64,000 bases of DNA, from sequence record OM728297.1; one strand, 5' to 3'. A program made the position numbers and the translations under genes. This document shows positions 1 through 9,870 of the stretch, one piece after another. The notes beneath the pieces were generated by a model that had not been told where the DNA came from, made no database searches, and worked only from the letters and a program-made list of their open reading frames with translations. How positions within the stretch are numbered: the stretch's first letter is position 1; every line of letters starts with the position of its first letter.

Positions 1-498
1 TATGAATCAATTGAGACTTATAATGGGGAATCTTATAATTTTATTAATGTTAGAAGAAATGGTCAGTACGCTATTTCTATTAGAAAGAATGGTAAAGAGA
101 GTAGTTTGAAAAAATTTAAGGTTACTAAATCTAAAGAAAAGGTAAAATTAAGTGGAGAAGTATTTGATACAAGAAGAGTTTATTCGCCTCTACATGTTAT
201 TACTGATAGAAAGGGTAACTTTCATGTTGGATTCAATAAAAAGGTATCAAATAAAAATGTAAAAATTAAAATGTATACTCTTGAGAAAAATGGTAAAAGA
301 AAATATAGAGGAACAAAAAGTATAAAGGGAAATAAACCACATAGAATTGATGCTAAATTTAATAAAACTAAAAAGTCAAGAAACTTTATTTTCACTTATA
401 CTATCGGTAAGAAAGAAAGTGAGTACACATTCTTAACATACGATAAAGAAGGGAAGTACATCGATGAAGAATTTGTTTCTAAAAAAGGAAAGAGATAA
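1..498 (+). CDS. Hypothetical basic protein, 5'-truncated by window edge
   Basis: Frame is open from base 1 (YESIETYNGE...) into the ORF-track 106..498 ORF; Lys-rich. Confidence 0.7.
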   Translation, partial: YESIETYNGESYNFINVRRNGQYAISIRKNGKESSLKKFKVTKSKEKVKLSGEVFDTRRVYSPLHVITDRKGNFHVGFNKKVSNKNVKIKMYTLEKNGKRKYRGTKSIKGNKPHRIDAKFNKTKKSRNFIFTYTIGKKESEYTFLTYDKEGKYIDEEFVSKKGKR

Positions 499-708
499 AT
501 GAGTGCTAAAAATATTGTCAAATTTCTTAATAATATTATGATTATATTATCAGTGATTGGAGGGGTGTTAGCTATAGCACTCTTTATCGCTAACTTTATT
601 AGTGAGGAAAGTTATTCATTTGTATCTACCCTCCTTATTGATTGGTTAGGTGTAATTTGCTTAGTTGCAGCATCTAATACAATCTTTTATTATATCATAT
701 TGAGATAA
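499..708 (+). CDS. Small membrane protein (2 TM)
   Basis: Two hydrophobic segments; abuts upstream stop. Confidence 0.7.
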   Translation: MSAKNIVKFLNNIMIILSVIGGVLAIALFIANFISEESYSFVSTLLIDWLGVICLVAASNTIFYYIILR

Positions 709-728
709 TAAAGGAGAAGTGATTGGTA

Positions 729-1355
729 ATGGCAGACAAGTATCCAAGTTTTGAAGTATTAGCAGAGAATGAAAAAAGAGGTATTGATTATGATATCTTT
801 GCTAGATTCAGCGCACTTAGAACCACAATTGTTTGCCCTCATGCTGGAGGAATTGAAGTTGGAACTAGTGAATTAGCTAGAAATACTGCTTTAACTGATT
901 TCAATATTTATTTATTTGAAGGGTTAAAACCAACTAATAATAAGGATCTTCATATTACTAGTGCAAAATTTGATGAACCAACAGCATTAGAGATAATGAG
1001 TAAAAGTGAGTTTGCATTATCATATCACGGGTTTAAATCTGATGAAAAATATACGATTGTTGGTGGATCTAATGAAGAACTAAATAAAAATTTAGTTAAA
1101 AGGCTACAAAATGGAGGTTTTAATGCTGTTATAGCTACTGACCGTTTTGCAGGTGCTGATCCAAACAATATTGTTAATAGAACAACAACAGGAATTGGAG
1201 TTCAACTCGAACTAAGTACCACTCAGCGAAAAGCATTCTTCCTAAATAATGATTGGAGTAAAAATAATCGTATGAATTTCACTAATGAATTTAGACTTTA
1301 TGTGGCAATTGTAAGAGATTTTCTAAAATATAATGAAAATCAAAATGTTGCATAA
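729..1355 (+). CDS. pghP: Poly-gamma-glutamate hydrolase (PghP/DUF867 family)
   Basis: HAGGIE, SYHG and QLE zinc-peptidase motifs typical of PghP; SD AAGGAG before ATG 729. Confidence 0.85.
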   Translation: MADKYPSFEVLAENEKRGIDYDIFARFSALRTTIVCPHAGGIEVGTSELARNTALTDFNIYLFEGLKPTNNKDLHITSAKFDEPTALEIMSKSEFALSYHGFKSDEKYTIVGGSNEELNKNLVKRLQNGGFNAVIATDRFAGADPNNIVNRTTTGIGVQLELSTTQRKAFFLNNDWSKNNRMNFTNEFRLYVAIVRDFLKYNENQNVA

Positions 1356-1357
1356 TT

Positions 1358-1400
1358 AAAATAAGACTATACCAATTATGGTATAGTCTTATTTTTTTTT
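1358..1400. terminator. Bidirectional hairpin terminator
   Basis: 17-bp perfect IR 1358-1374/1379-1395 plus T-tract between convergent genes. Confidence 0.8.
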
Positions 1401-3651
1401 AATAATGTACTTTAACCATATCATTTTTAATGATTAATGTTAAGTTATCTTTAGTAAAAGTGTAATTATTTTTCTTATCCAATTCTAACTTTTCCCACCA
1501 ACTACCAGTAAGAACTTTAGAGATCTTTTGTGTATTTAAGTCAATTGTTTGAGAAATAATAGATCTCTTAGTAACATCAAGAACATTATTTAGAGATTCT
1601 AATCTATCTTTATCAGTAATACTATCATTGTTCACAATTGCTTCACAGAATCTAATTGTATTTTTCATTGCTTCAGCAGGAGCATTTTTCTTTTTATCAT
1701 TTAAAACATCTTCAACTTTTGGAAGAGAAGACCATCCCTTTAAAGTAAATTCTAGTAAACGACTCATATAGAAATCATCAGGGTGAGATTCAGCAACTTC
1801 TCGTCCAATACCTTGATATTCTAGTCTAGAATTTAGACCATGTGCTTCTAATACTCGAATTTGATCAGCATTAAATTGTGCAAAATGTTCTGTCTTTTTC
1901 ATGTTATATGATTTATTTTTCAATTCATTGATATAATATTTAACCACTTTTTGTTTTGCTTTAAGAACATTAATGTCATGAACAATATTTAAAATATTCT
2001 CTGGATCATTATTTTTAGCATATAATCTATTAATAATTGGAAGAGATTCTAAATTAAAGGTAACGTCAATACTATTTACAGTTTTTTGTCCTTCTTCTTC
2101 ATTCCAATTAGCATCTAGATGCATGAATAATTTATCAAAATCAATAACTCCTTCTTGATGTAATGCCAATAACTTATCATATGTGTCTTTATCAATACGT
2201 ACAGTAATTTTATTTACATTGAGATTTCCATCTTTAATGATAGTTTGGGTGCGGTAAATACATGAGTCAACTTCTTTAGGAAGATCCACACGTTTAGCTT
2301 CTATTGGGTTAATAGAAACCTTACCATTAATCTTATAACGAATACTAATATTTAGGTGTTTAGCATTAAAAATTAGTTCATTCATAGGAGCTAATGGCTT
2401 TTCATCACTTTTCCTGAATACATTAAAAGTATCAGTTACCTTCTTACCAATACGATTATATTCACTACTATCTAAAGGAATATAATAGTTATTTCCAGTT
2501 GTTAAAACTTTAAGCAGATCCATAACACAGAAAGCATCTTCTTTAGGAAGATATTCCTCTTCAGCTCTTCCATCTTTAAAACGTGTTTTATTAACAAAAA
2601 TAGCTTTATTAAGCTCTTTCATATATTCTTGTCTTGCATCAGCAGTAAATGATTCCATATGTTTGTCAATGAAATACTTGTCACCAATACTCATATGCAT
2701 AATATCAAGCGATTCATCTGCTTTTCCAGCATAATATAACTCATAAGCTAATGCATATTTAAAGTTAGTCTCAGTAGTAACTGGGATTTTAGAATTAATT
2801 GAATCAACATCAATAATTTCATCATTTACTTTAATTTCTTTTGCATCAGTAATAATAAAGAATTGATTTTTAATTTTATTGAGGAAATCTAGATGCATAC
2901 TTCCTTCAGAATACTTAGTGTTTTTATTACTTAGATACAAAATTCTTGAATTTTCATCAGCATCAATAGTAACCTTCTCAGATACCATATCGCTTAAAAT
3001 TTGATAGTTATGACTAAAAATATCATCATAATCATTAATCTTACTAGAGTGAATTAATCGTCCAAACATAGTCTGAGCTGACATTTCTTCTAATAAAGCT
3101 CTATTATAATAATTGCCATAACCAATTGTATTTAAAGCCATAATATCATCTTTAATGGAATCAATTCTTTCCCAAATTAACTCATATTCTTTTTTCTCAT
3201 TGCTTACTACAGGAACACCGTCAGTAAAGAAAGTCACATTAAAATTAGGACAGAGGGCTTTTAAGTCATCAATAATTTCTTTAACATGCAATAGTGATTC
3301 AGAAAAACAAGTAGCACCAACAGGTGATTTAAGAGTATCGAGTAAAATATTAATATCTTCAGAATCACGTTTTGATTTACCTTTGAATACTGTTTTACAT
3401 TGACCTTCACTAGAGAACCAGATAACTGAAATTAGATCATTATCACTCATTAATCGTAATGTACCTTTAACATTTTCAATTAATTGTGGTAAATCAGTAT
3501 TCATTGACCAAGATCGATCCAATACATGAATATGATGTAATCTGTCAACCTCAATACTATTCTCTTTCACTTCTTCTTTAGAATAATTGATAGCAATGAC
3601 GGTTTTTTCAGTATTTCCCAATTTAATTTGACTTTTATATGTTTTCATCAT
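1399..3651 (-). CDS. von Willebrand factor A (vWA) domain protein
   Basis: MIDAS DRSWS...T...TDG in N-terminal ~200 aa; SD GGAGG; start 3651 or 3648. Confidence 0.8.
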   Translation of the reverse strand: MMKTYKSQIKLGNTEKTVIAINYSKEEVKENSIEVDRLHHIHVLDRSWSMNTDLPQLIENVKGTLRLMSDNDLISVIWFSSEGQCKTVFKGKSKRDSEDINILLDTLKSPVGATCFSESLLHVKEIIDDLKALCPNFNVTFFTDGVPVVSNEKKEYELIWERIDSIKDDIMALNTIGYGNYYNRALLEEMSAQTMFGRLIHSSKINDYDDIFSHNYQILSDMVSEKVTIDADENSRILYLSNKNTKYSEGSMHLDFLNKIKNQFFIITDAKEIKVNDEIIDVDSINSKIPVTTETNFKYALAYELYYAGKADESLDIMHMSIGDKYFIDKHMESFTADARQEYMKELNKAIFVNKTRFKDGRAEEEYLPKEDAFCVMDLLKVLTTGNNYYIPLDSSEYNRIGKKVTDTFNVFRKSDEKPLAPMNELIFNAKHLNISIRYKINGKVSINPIEAKRVDLPKEVDSCIYRTQTIIKDGNLNVNKITVRIDKDTYDKLLALHQEGVIDFDKLFMHLDANWNEEEGQKTVNSIDVTFNLESLPIINRLYAKNNDPENILNIVHDINVLKAKQKVVKYYINELKNKSYNMKKTEHFAQFNADQIRVLEAHGLNSRLEYQGIGREVAESHPDDFYMSRLLEFTLKGWSSLPKVEDVLNDKKKNAPAEAMKNTIRFCEAIVNNDSITDKDRLESLNNVLDVTKRSIISQTIDLNTQKISKVLTGSWWEKLELDKKNNYTFTKDNLTLIIKNDMVKVHY

Positions 3652-3677
3652 GTTCCTCCTCAAGATTTTCAGTTTTA

Positions 3678-3689
3678 CAATTGAGTGTT
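3678..3689 (-). promoter_or_regulatory. Late-type promoter AACA-N6-TG
   Basis: AACActcaatTG on minus strand upstream of vWA gene. Confidence 0.55.
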
Positions 3690-3742
3690 TGAACTTCTCA
3701 TAAAAAGTTAGGAGAAAACCGTATCAAAATTTTTTTATAAAT

Positions 3743-3751
3743 ATATATTAT
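3743..3751 (+). promoter_or_regulatory. Early-type promoter motif ATATATTAT
   Basis: Intergenic, ~45 nt before ATG 3798. Confidence 0.65.
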
Positions 3752-3797
3752 AATTGGGATAAATGGTACAATTTATTCGAAAAGGAGAGAAAAAATT

Positions 3798-4547
3798 ATG
3801 GGGAGAATTTTTATGGAGAGTGAACAAGGGATTGTGGAAGTGGAAGAAAAAGGAAATATTTATGAATTAACTGAAATCATGAAAGAAAAAGGTAGATCAG
3901 TGAAACTTAAGAAAACACATTTTATGGAAAGAGATGAGTTAGTGAAGTCTATGGATTTTAATTTAGTATCAGATAGCGTTATTACTAATTTTGAATTACA
4001 ATTTTTAATTGGAAACAGTGATGTTGTTAATAGAAAAGATAGTGATATAGAATTATTTTTCCACAAAAGATTAAAAGTATTCCTAACAGAGATGTTAGTT
4101 GAAAAATTAACTAATAATGAAATTAAAGGTGCAACATATTCATTCTTTGGAAATATGGGAAATGAACATTTTGTATCACATATTGATAAAGTTCAAATTT
4201 TTAAAGATGAAAATAAAGCAAATTTTGTCTTCTCAAGTGTATTAGATGGGAAAATTAACAGCCTAGATGTTGATTTACATAAAATGAAAAATGAATTTCA
4301 TGTTGATAAATTATTCAATATTATGAATAATATTATTGGTGAAGATGTTCGTACTATTAATCTAAACTGTAGTTATAACACACTTAACAATAGACGATTA
4401 TTTAATGTAAATATGTTACCTCTACTTATTGGCTATAAAACTAGCACTACACAAACTGAAAATTATCTATGTACCTTCACAGTATTTGACATAAATCTTT
4501 GGAAGGAGCCATTTATGATAGATAAAGAGCTAGGAAGAAATATATAA
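3798..4547 (+). CDS. Hypothetical protein (paralog of 4566..5366)
   Basis: SD AAGGAG; C-terminal motifs shared with next ORF. Confidence 0.75.
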   Translation: MGRIFMESEQGIVEVEEKGNIYELTEIMKEKGRSVKLKKTHFMERDELVKSMDFNLVSDSVITNFELQFLIGNSDVVNRKDSDIELFFHKRLKVFLTEMLVEKLTNNEIKGATYSFFGNMGNEHFVSHIDKVQIFKDENKANFVFSSVLDGKINSLDVDLHKMKNEFHVDKLFNIMNNIIGEDVRTINLNCSYNTLNNRRLFNVNMLPLLIGYKTSTTQTENYLCTFTVFDINLWKEPFMIDKELGRNI

Positions 4548-4565
4548 ATTATTTAAATATGGGAG

Positions 4566-5366
4566 ATGAGTGAAGAAATGACACCAATGGAGGAATATAG
4601 AGGATTATGTAATAGTGAAAGCATTCTAAGTATTTTTGATAGAAACTATAGATTTAGCGTTTCTAGAAATATTAAAGGTTTTAGCTTCACTGAGTCAATT
4701 AGAAATCCCTATGGCAACAATAAGATGAACATCGGATCCCTTTCACAAGATAAAGAAGGCATCATTAATGTTATAGATTATAGTAGATTAGATAAAGAAT
4801 ATAAATTGTCTAATCAAGTGGAATATGAATTCTTTATTAAAGATGTGAGAACTATTAATAAAGATTTTAAACTTTATAAAATATTCTTCTATAATGTTAT
4901 TAGAGAAATGATATGGGAGAGAATAAAGGAAACTCAAACATTTGACGGTTACAAAATCCCAGATAACCTTGAAATTAACTTAGTTGATACAGTTAATTTC
5001 ATGAGTATTGACATTCCTTCAAGAATGGTGAATTTTGATGAGATTCATTATAGTTATGGTAGATTTAATGATTCTATTAGTATTGATTTTGAATTTGCTA
5101 ATAAATATATTGATTTAGATAAATTGATTAATTTAGTTAATTCTGGTATTGAAAATAAAGAGCTAATAGAAATAGAAATGTCTCTACATGCACATAGGAA
5201 CTTTAAAGATAATAGAGATGATTATTTATTTGATCTACCAATATTTATGAATTGCCACTCAGATCCAATAGACCCTAGAGATTCTAAGGAGGATTGGATA
5301 ACAACAATGGCTATATTTAGTAATGAACTATGGGATGGAAATTATGAAAATTTTATAAAAAAATAA
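4566..5366 (+). CDS. Hypothetical protein (paralog of 3798..4547)
   Basis: SD GGGAG; 266 aa ORF. Confidence 0.75.
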   Translation: MSEEMTPMEEYRGLCNSESILSIFDRNYRFSVSRNIKGFSFTESIRNPYGNNKMNIGSLSQDKEGIINVIDYSRLDKEYKLSNQVEYEFFIKDVRTINKDFKLYKIFFYNVIREMIWERIKETQTFDGYKIPDNLEINLVDTVNFMSIDIPSRMVNFDEIHYSYGRFNDSISIDFEFANKYIDLDKLINLVNSGIENKELIEIEMSLHAHRNFKDNRDDYLFDLPIFMNCHSDPIDPRDSKEDWITTMAIFSNELWDGNYENFIKK

Positions 5367-5412
5367 AAGGAGGGAGTGAGTACATACCGTACCCCACTGC
5401 CCTTCTTTTTTT
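5367..5412. terminator. Imperfect hairpin terminator
   Basis: aaaaggaggg...cccttctttt stem with T-tract between convergent genes. Confidence 0.6.
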
Positions 5413-5631
5413 TTATTCTGATTTTTCAAATTCAAATCCAATTAAATCTGATACTCCTAAGTTACCATCTTTACAATTACAAATACTTGTTTTCTCAATT
5501 GGGATACCATTCCATGGTAATGGCTTATCATTTATAAGACCAATTAAAGCTGTTAATCCATCAGGAACATGAGTACTTTTATCCTCTTTATTACATCTCC
5601 TACATTTATAAACTAAGACACCATATTTCAT
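5413..5631 (-). CDS. Small Cys-rich hypothetical protein
   Basis: CRRC and CNC motifs; part of minus-strand cluster. Confidence 0.65.
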   Translation of the reverse strand: MKYGVLVYKCRRCNKEDKSTHVPDGLTALIGLINDKPLPWNGIPIEKTSICNCKDGNLGVSDLIGFEFEKSE

Positions 5632-5651
5632 TAAAATTATTTCCTTCTTTC

Positions 5652-5957
5652 TTACTTAATTTTATACTTTTTCTTTAAATTGGATAATTCAAATTCATAC
5701 TGTCGCTCATTAATCATTTCTTGATTAACTTTAGGTAGTGATCTTTCTAATTCACTTATTTTAATCTCTGCTTCACGATTTATTTTTAATGATTCTTTAT
5801 GAAAATCAATTTCTTTTTTAGCATTATCGCAATCACAGTAGAAGTATTGTTTGGCTGGTCTATGATTATTCCAAGACCAATCTTCTTTTGCTTTTTCTCC
5901 ACAATAAGAACAATATACTTCAATTCCAATTTTAAAAGTTTGAGTACCTACAGACAT
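5652..5957 (-). CDS. Small hypothetical protein with CxxC/CxC
   Basis: CSYC, CDC; SD GGAG. Confidence 0.7.
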   Translation of the reverse strand: MSVGTQTFKIGIEVYCSYCGEKAKEDWSWNNHRPAKQYFYCDCDNAKKEIDFHKESLKINREAEIKISELERSLPKVNQEMINERQYEFELSNLKKKYKIK

Positions 5958-5971
5958 AATAACATCTCCCT

Positions 5972-6190
5972 TTATACTTTAACTTTAACATGTGTTGCTA
6001 AAACTGTATCTTTTCTTCCATCTTCATAAATTACATGGTATGCCTTATGTACATAAGGATGCCAATATTCTCTAAAATATGCACCAACAACAGTTGCTTT
6101 ACCAATTAAATCTTTTTTCCCAATTATTGATCTCGTTCTACACTTATAAACCTCTACTTCAAATGGTGTTATTCTTTGAATATTTTCCAT
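5972..6190 (-). CDS. Hypothetical protein (SH3/KOW-like beta fold possible)
   Basis: Packed gene cluster; 72 aa. Confidence 0.6.
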   Translation of the reverse strand: MENIQRITPFEVEVYKCRTRSIIGKKDLIGKATVVGAYFREYWHPYVHKAYHVIYEDGRKDTVLATHVKVKV

Positions 6191-6191
6191 A

Positions 6192-6407
6192 TTAATGTTT
6201 CATTCTCCTATTTAATTCCCCTAATACTTTTTCAATATCGCTTTCAAACCTATATGCTTTTAAAAATGAATTAGGAATAATTCTAGACTTTTCATTATAT
6301 TGAACTAAAACTTGAAATAGATTAAGAAGGTTATTCTTTTTCATTTCTTCTAGAACAATATTATTCTCTTCAATAAAACTAATTTTTTCAACAGTATTAA
6401 CGCTCAT
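6192..6407 (-). CDS. Hypothetical protein
   Basis: Overlaps upstream gene end; SD GAGG. Confidence 0.6.
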   Translation of the reverse strand: MSVNTVEKISFIEENNIVLEEMKKNNLLNLFQVLVQYNEKSRIIPNSFLKAYRFESDIEKVLGELNRRMKH

Positions 6408-6597
6408 TATTCAAACCTCTCCTTCTGATCTCTTTACTTGTTAAATCTAAGATTGAGTTTTGACGTTTGATATATTCTTCTACAATATTACCACCAATTG
6501 AATGATCAAGAATTCTTCTCTTAGCATCCTCTTGACAAGCTAAGAGAGATTCGTTATCTAGATTCTTAATACTATTAATATAAAATGCTGTATTCAT
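6397..6597 (-). CDS. Hypothetical protein
   Basis: SD GGGG; packed cluster. Confidence 0.6.
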   Translation of the reverse strand: MNTAFYINSIKNLDNESLLACQEDAKRRILDHSIGGNIVEEYIKRQNSILDLTSKEIRRRGLNNER

Positions 6598-6606
6598 ATT
6601 TTCCCC

Positions 6607-7167
6607 CTAGAGACGATTATATTTGAGTGCCATTAATATTGAAGATTTACTAGCTTTATAGATTTTATTATCCACTATTAAATTAAGAGCTTCCTCTTTT
6701 GTAAATGCTTTTACTTCTCCAATTTCACCTTTTTGTGGAATAATATCATCAATAGTTGATCTCTTTAACCTAGTAATAAAAGTAAAATCCCTTTTATACT
6801 TAATCTGACCTCTCTTTAAATAAAACTTATCAGTATAATCAACAAGTTCAACTGTATAAGTTTGTATACCTGCCTTAATTCCAAATTCTTCTTCTAACTC
6901 TCTTAAAGCACATCTCATTGGTGATTCTCCTTTTTCAAGACCACCTCCGGGAATTGTCCATTTATATTCTTCTTCACCATTTGCAATTTTCTCATGTACA
7001 AAATCTGGTAAGTCTGTTCTTGTTCCCAAAATAATTCTATCTTTATCATCTAGTAAAATAATACCACAACCAATATCTCTAAAACTACTATTAACCTTCT
7101 TGTTAACTGTGATATCTTTTACTTTCTCAAAGATTGAGATATCACTATCTTTTCTTTTTGGAATCAT
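6607..7167 (-). CDS. Nudix hydrolase
   Basis: Nudix box GGLEKGESPMRCALRELEEEFG. Confidence 0.9.
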   Translation of the reverse strand: MIPKRKDSDISIFEKVKDITVNKKVNSSFRDIGCGIILLDDKDRIILGTRTDLPDFVHEKIANGEEEYKWTIPGGGLEKGESPMRCALRELEEEFGIKAGIQTYTVELVDYTDKFYLKRGQIKYKRDFTFITRLKRSTIDDIIPQKGEIGEVKAFTKEEALNLIVDNKIYKASKSSILMALKYNRL

Positions 7168-7201
7168 AATTATATTTCTCCTTTTTAAATTATTCTTTTT
7201 A

Positions 7202-7210
7202 ATAATATAT
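7202..7210 (-). promoter_or_regulatory. Early-type promoter motif ATATATTAT
   Basis: Minus strand, upstream of Nudix cluster. Confidence 0.65.
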
Positions 7211-7432
7211 ATTTAATGACTGATTTAAATAATTTTTTCCTTCACATTAATTGGTTATGTATTTTTTATAAATAATAAAAGATATCATTTTACATAACAA
7301 CATGTTATATATTTGAATATCCTTTATTATTATTTTATTAAATAATATTTTTTTTTTTATTAATCCTTCCCTAAAAACCCCTATTATTAATTTTGTTTAT
7401 TTTTTTATTTGCTTAAAAAAATTAGAGAATGG

Positions 7433-7444
7433 AACATTATATTA
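7433..7444 (+). promoter_or_regulatory. Late-type promoter AACA-N6-TA
   Basis: AACAttatatTA upstream of phoH. Confidence 0.65.
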
Positions 7445-7473
7445 AATTTGATGGGAAGGATTGAGATTAGATC

Positions 7474-8802
7474 ATGAGCAATAAAACTTTTGTCTTAGAT
7501 ACATCAGTACTATGTCATTACCCTGAATCATTATTTTCTTTTGAGGATAATAAGATTGTAATAACAGAAACAGTTATTGAAGAATTAAGTAGGCGTAGAA
7601 AATCAAGTGATGAATCAGGAAAAAATGCTCGTGATGCTATTAGATATATTAATGAACTGAGTAAGCAAGGCAATATTACTGAAGGTATAGAGATGGATAA
7701 TGAGGGTATTATTGTCATTGAAACTAATTATGCTGATATTGAAATGCCAGATGGCTGGAATAAAAATGATAATGATAATAAAATGCTTCAAGTCTGTCAA
7801 TATTTAATAAATCAAGGTGAAGATGTACATTTTGTAACAAAAAGTCCTTTAAGAAGTCTTAAGGCAACTATTCTTGAGATTCAAAATGAAGATTTTATTA
7901 CTGATAGAGTCGAAGATGAATATTCAGGTAGACGAGATATCTTATTAACAGAAGATGATCTAAATTTATTCTTCTCTGAAGGCACTATCGATACATTAAC
8001 AACTGAAATGTATGATATGGACGGTAATATTATTGATCCTAGTATCTTAACAGAGAATGAATATATTACCCTAATGTCAAATACAGATTTAAATCAAACA
8101 GGTTTAGGTTACTATACAAATGGTTATATTAAAAAGTTAATTTTTGGGGAATATAACCCTTATCAAGTACAACCTAAGAATGCGGCTCAAAGATTTGCTA
8201 TTGATGCATTAATGCAAACTCCAAAAGAAACACCATTGGTAATACTAAAAGGTCCAGCAGGAACAGCTAAAACTTTTCTATCAATTGCTTCAGCACTAGA
8301 TACAGTAGTTGATAGACAAGAATATAGACGGATTTTAGTTTGTAGACCAAATGTTTTAATGGAAGAAACACTTGGATTCCTTCCGGGAGATGAAAATGAA
8401 AAAATAGCACCATTAATGCGCCCTATTATGGATAATTTAGAAGTATTAATTGATGAACAATCAGTAATAAATAATCTATTTGAAACAGAAACTATCGTTA
8501 CCCAAGCAGTTGGATACTTACGAGGAAGATCTATTCCTAATACTTTTATTATTATAGATGAAGCACAAAATGTTACACCTAAAGCAATGAAAGGTATTCT
8601 TTCTCGTGTTGGTTATGGTACAAAAATTGTTATTTGTGGAGATACTGATCAGATTGATCATCCTTATTTAACTAAAGCTGTTAATGGTTTAGCATATGCT
8701 TCTGATAAAATGAAAGGTAGTTCACTTTGTAGACAAATCACTTTTAAAACTGAAGAAAATCAAAGATCTCCTTTAGCTCAAGAAGTAACAGAACGATTAT
8801 AA
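7474..8802 (+). CDS. phoH: PIN-domain PhoH family ATPase (YlaK/PhoH2-like)
   Basis: N-terminal VLDTSVL PIN motif; GPAGTAKT Walker A, IIDEAQN, GDTDQID PhoH motifs. Confidence 0.9.
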   Translation: MSNKTFVLDTSVLCHYPESLFSFEDNKIVITETVIEELSRRRKSSDESGKNARDAIRYINELSKQGNITEGIEMDNEGIIVIETNYADIEMPDGWNKNDNDNKMLQVCQYLINQGEDVHFVTKSPLRSLKATILEIQNEDFITDRVEDEYSGRRDILLTEDDLNLFFSEGTIDTLTTEMYDMDGNIIDPSILTENEYITLMSNTDLNQTGLGYYTNGYIKKLIFGEYNPYQVQPKNAAQRFAIDALMQTPKETPLVILKGPAGTAKTFLSIASALDTVVDRQEYRRILVCRPNVLMEETLGFLPGDENEKIAPLMRPIMDNLEVLIDEQSVINNLFETETIVTQAVGYLRGRSIPNTFIIIDEAQNVTPKAMKGILSRVGYGTKIVICGDTDQIDHPYLTKAVNGLAYASDKMKGSSLCRQITFKTEENQRSPLAQEVTERL

Positions 8803-8851
8803 GAAAAACAAGGATTTGGTGGTTAATTATACCGCTGAATCCTTGTTTTTC
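8803..8851 (+). terminator. Hairpin terminator
   Basis: gaaaaacaaggatt/aatccttgtttttc IR. Confidence 0.75.
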
Positions 8852-8865
8852 CTATTTTTTAACAA

Positions 8866-8877
8866 AACAATGCATTA
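8866..8877 (+). promoter_or_regulatory. Late-type promoter AACA-N6-TA
   Basis: AACAatgcatTA. Confidence 0.6.
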
Positions 8878-8919
8878 TAGGAGTCTACAAATAGAATGTT
8901 GATATAAGGGGGATTAAAC

Positions 8920-9354
8920 TTGAGCAGAGAGAAAATTTTAAAGGAGACATTGCTTCTTAATTCATTATTAGAAGCAAAAGTAATATCAAGAGAAAATGTT
9001 TTATTAAAAATCGAAAAAATGGTAAATAGTATGAACCCGCCACCTAAAAAGGTTATTTTTAGAGCAGTAAAAGATAAACAAGATAACTTAATAGATATAG
9101 AAGTTGTTGAACCGCAAAGATATGGAAAGGAGAAAACACTAATGAGTATTCAAAATGTTTTTACAACTGATTCAATTGAAAATACTCTAAGTGATATTGA
9201 GGCATCTTTTAAACTTGCAAATGAGTTTAAACCTATATTTAAAAAGGCAACTTTAAGAAAAAAGAAAAATAATACTGAATTCTATTTTTCATTCCATGAT
9301 AACAGACGTGTTTACAATCTTGAGACAGAAAAGTGGGAGAAAATGATAATGTAA
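8920..9354 (+). CDS. Hypothetical protein, possible virion component
   Basis: SD GGGG; late promoter; N-terminal ILKE/LLE motifs. Confidence 0.65.
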   Translation: MSREKILKETLLLNSLLEAKVISRENVLLKIEKMVNSMNPPPKKVIFRAVKDKQDNLIDIEVVEPQRYGKEKTLMSIQNVFTTDSIENTLSDIEASFKLANEFKPIFKKATLRKKKNNTEFYFSFHDNRRVYNLETEKWEKMIM

Positions 9355-9357
9355 ATG

Positions 9358-9396
9358 AAATAACAGTTAAGTGATTTAAACACTTAACTGTTATTT
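9358..9396. terminator. Bidirectional hairpin terminator
   Basis: 16-bp perfect IR. Confidence 0.75.
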
Positions 9397-9400
9397 ATAA

Positions 9401-9823
9401 TTATTTCATTTTACCCTTCATATTCAAGAGTGGTTTAAAATTAACTTTAACTGTTTTAATTTTACCATCTCTAGATCTATACAAAGCATATACAGTTCTT
9501 ATAGAACCTTTAGCTGTTGGACCTTCTTCTGTAATAACTACTTGACCATTAAAGGTTTTGAAATTTTGAGTTGAAATCTTAGTGAGTTTTCCTATAGAAA
9601 ATGTACTTTTCATACTACTTGAGAATACTGCTTTTAGTTCTTCTGAGTCTTTTAATTCATTAACACTTTTTACTGGTGTTAATCCTTTCTTTTGAGCCTT
9701 AGCATTTGTTTCTTTAAGAGCAATTTCAATAGCTTTTTTAAGATCAGGCGCTCCTTTACTTACACGAATTGCTTCATTAAACATAAATGAAGACTCAGCT
9801 AATTTTAACTGTTTTTCATTCAT
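9401..9823 (-). CDS. Basic hypothetical protein
   Basis: True start likely ATG 9823 (SD GGAGG), not the ORF-track 9937. Confidence 0.7.
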   Translation of the reverse strand: MNEKQLKLAESSFMFNEAIRVSKGAPDLKKAIEIALKETNAKAQKKGLTPVKSVNELKDSEELKAVFSSSMKSTFSIGKLTKISTQNFKTFNGQVVITEEGPTAKGSIRTVYALYRSRDGKIKTVKVNFKPLLNMKGKMK

Positions 9824-9846
9824 ATGAAAACCTCCAATATGTGATA

Positions 9847-9858
9847 TAATATATTGTT
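9847..9858 (-). promoter_or_regulatory. Late-type promoter overlapping an early-type motif
   Basis: Minus strand AACAATATATTAT contains both AACA-N6-TA and ATATATTAT. Confidence 0.6.
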
Positions 9859-9870
9859 TATGAAGAAGAC

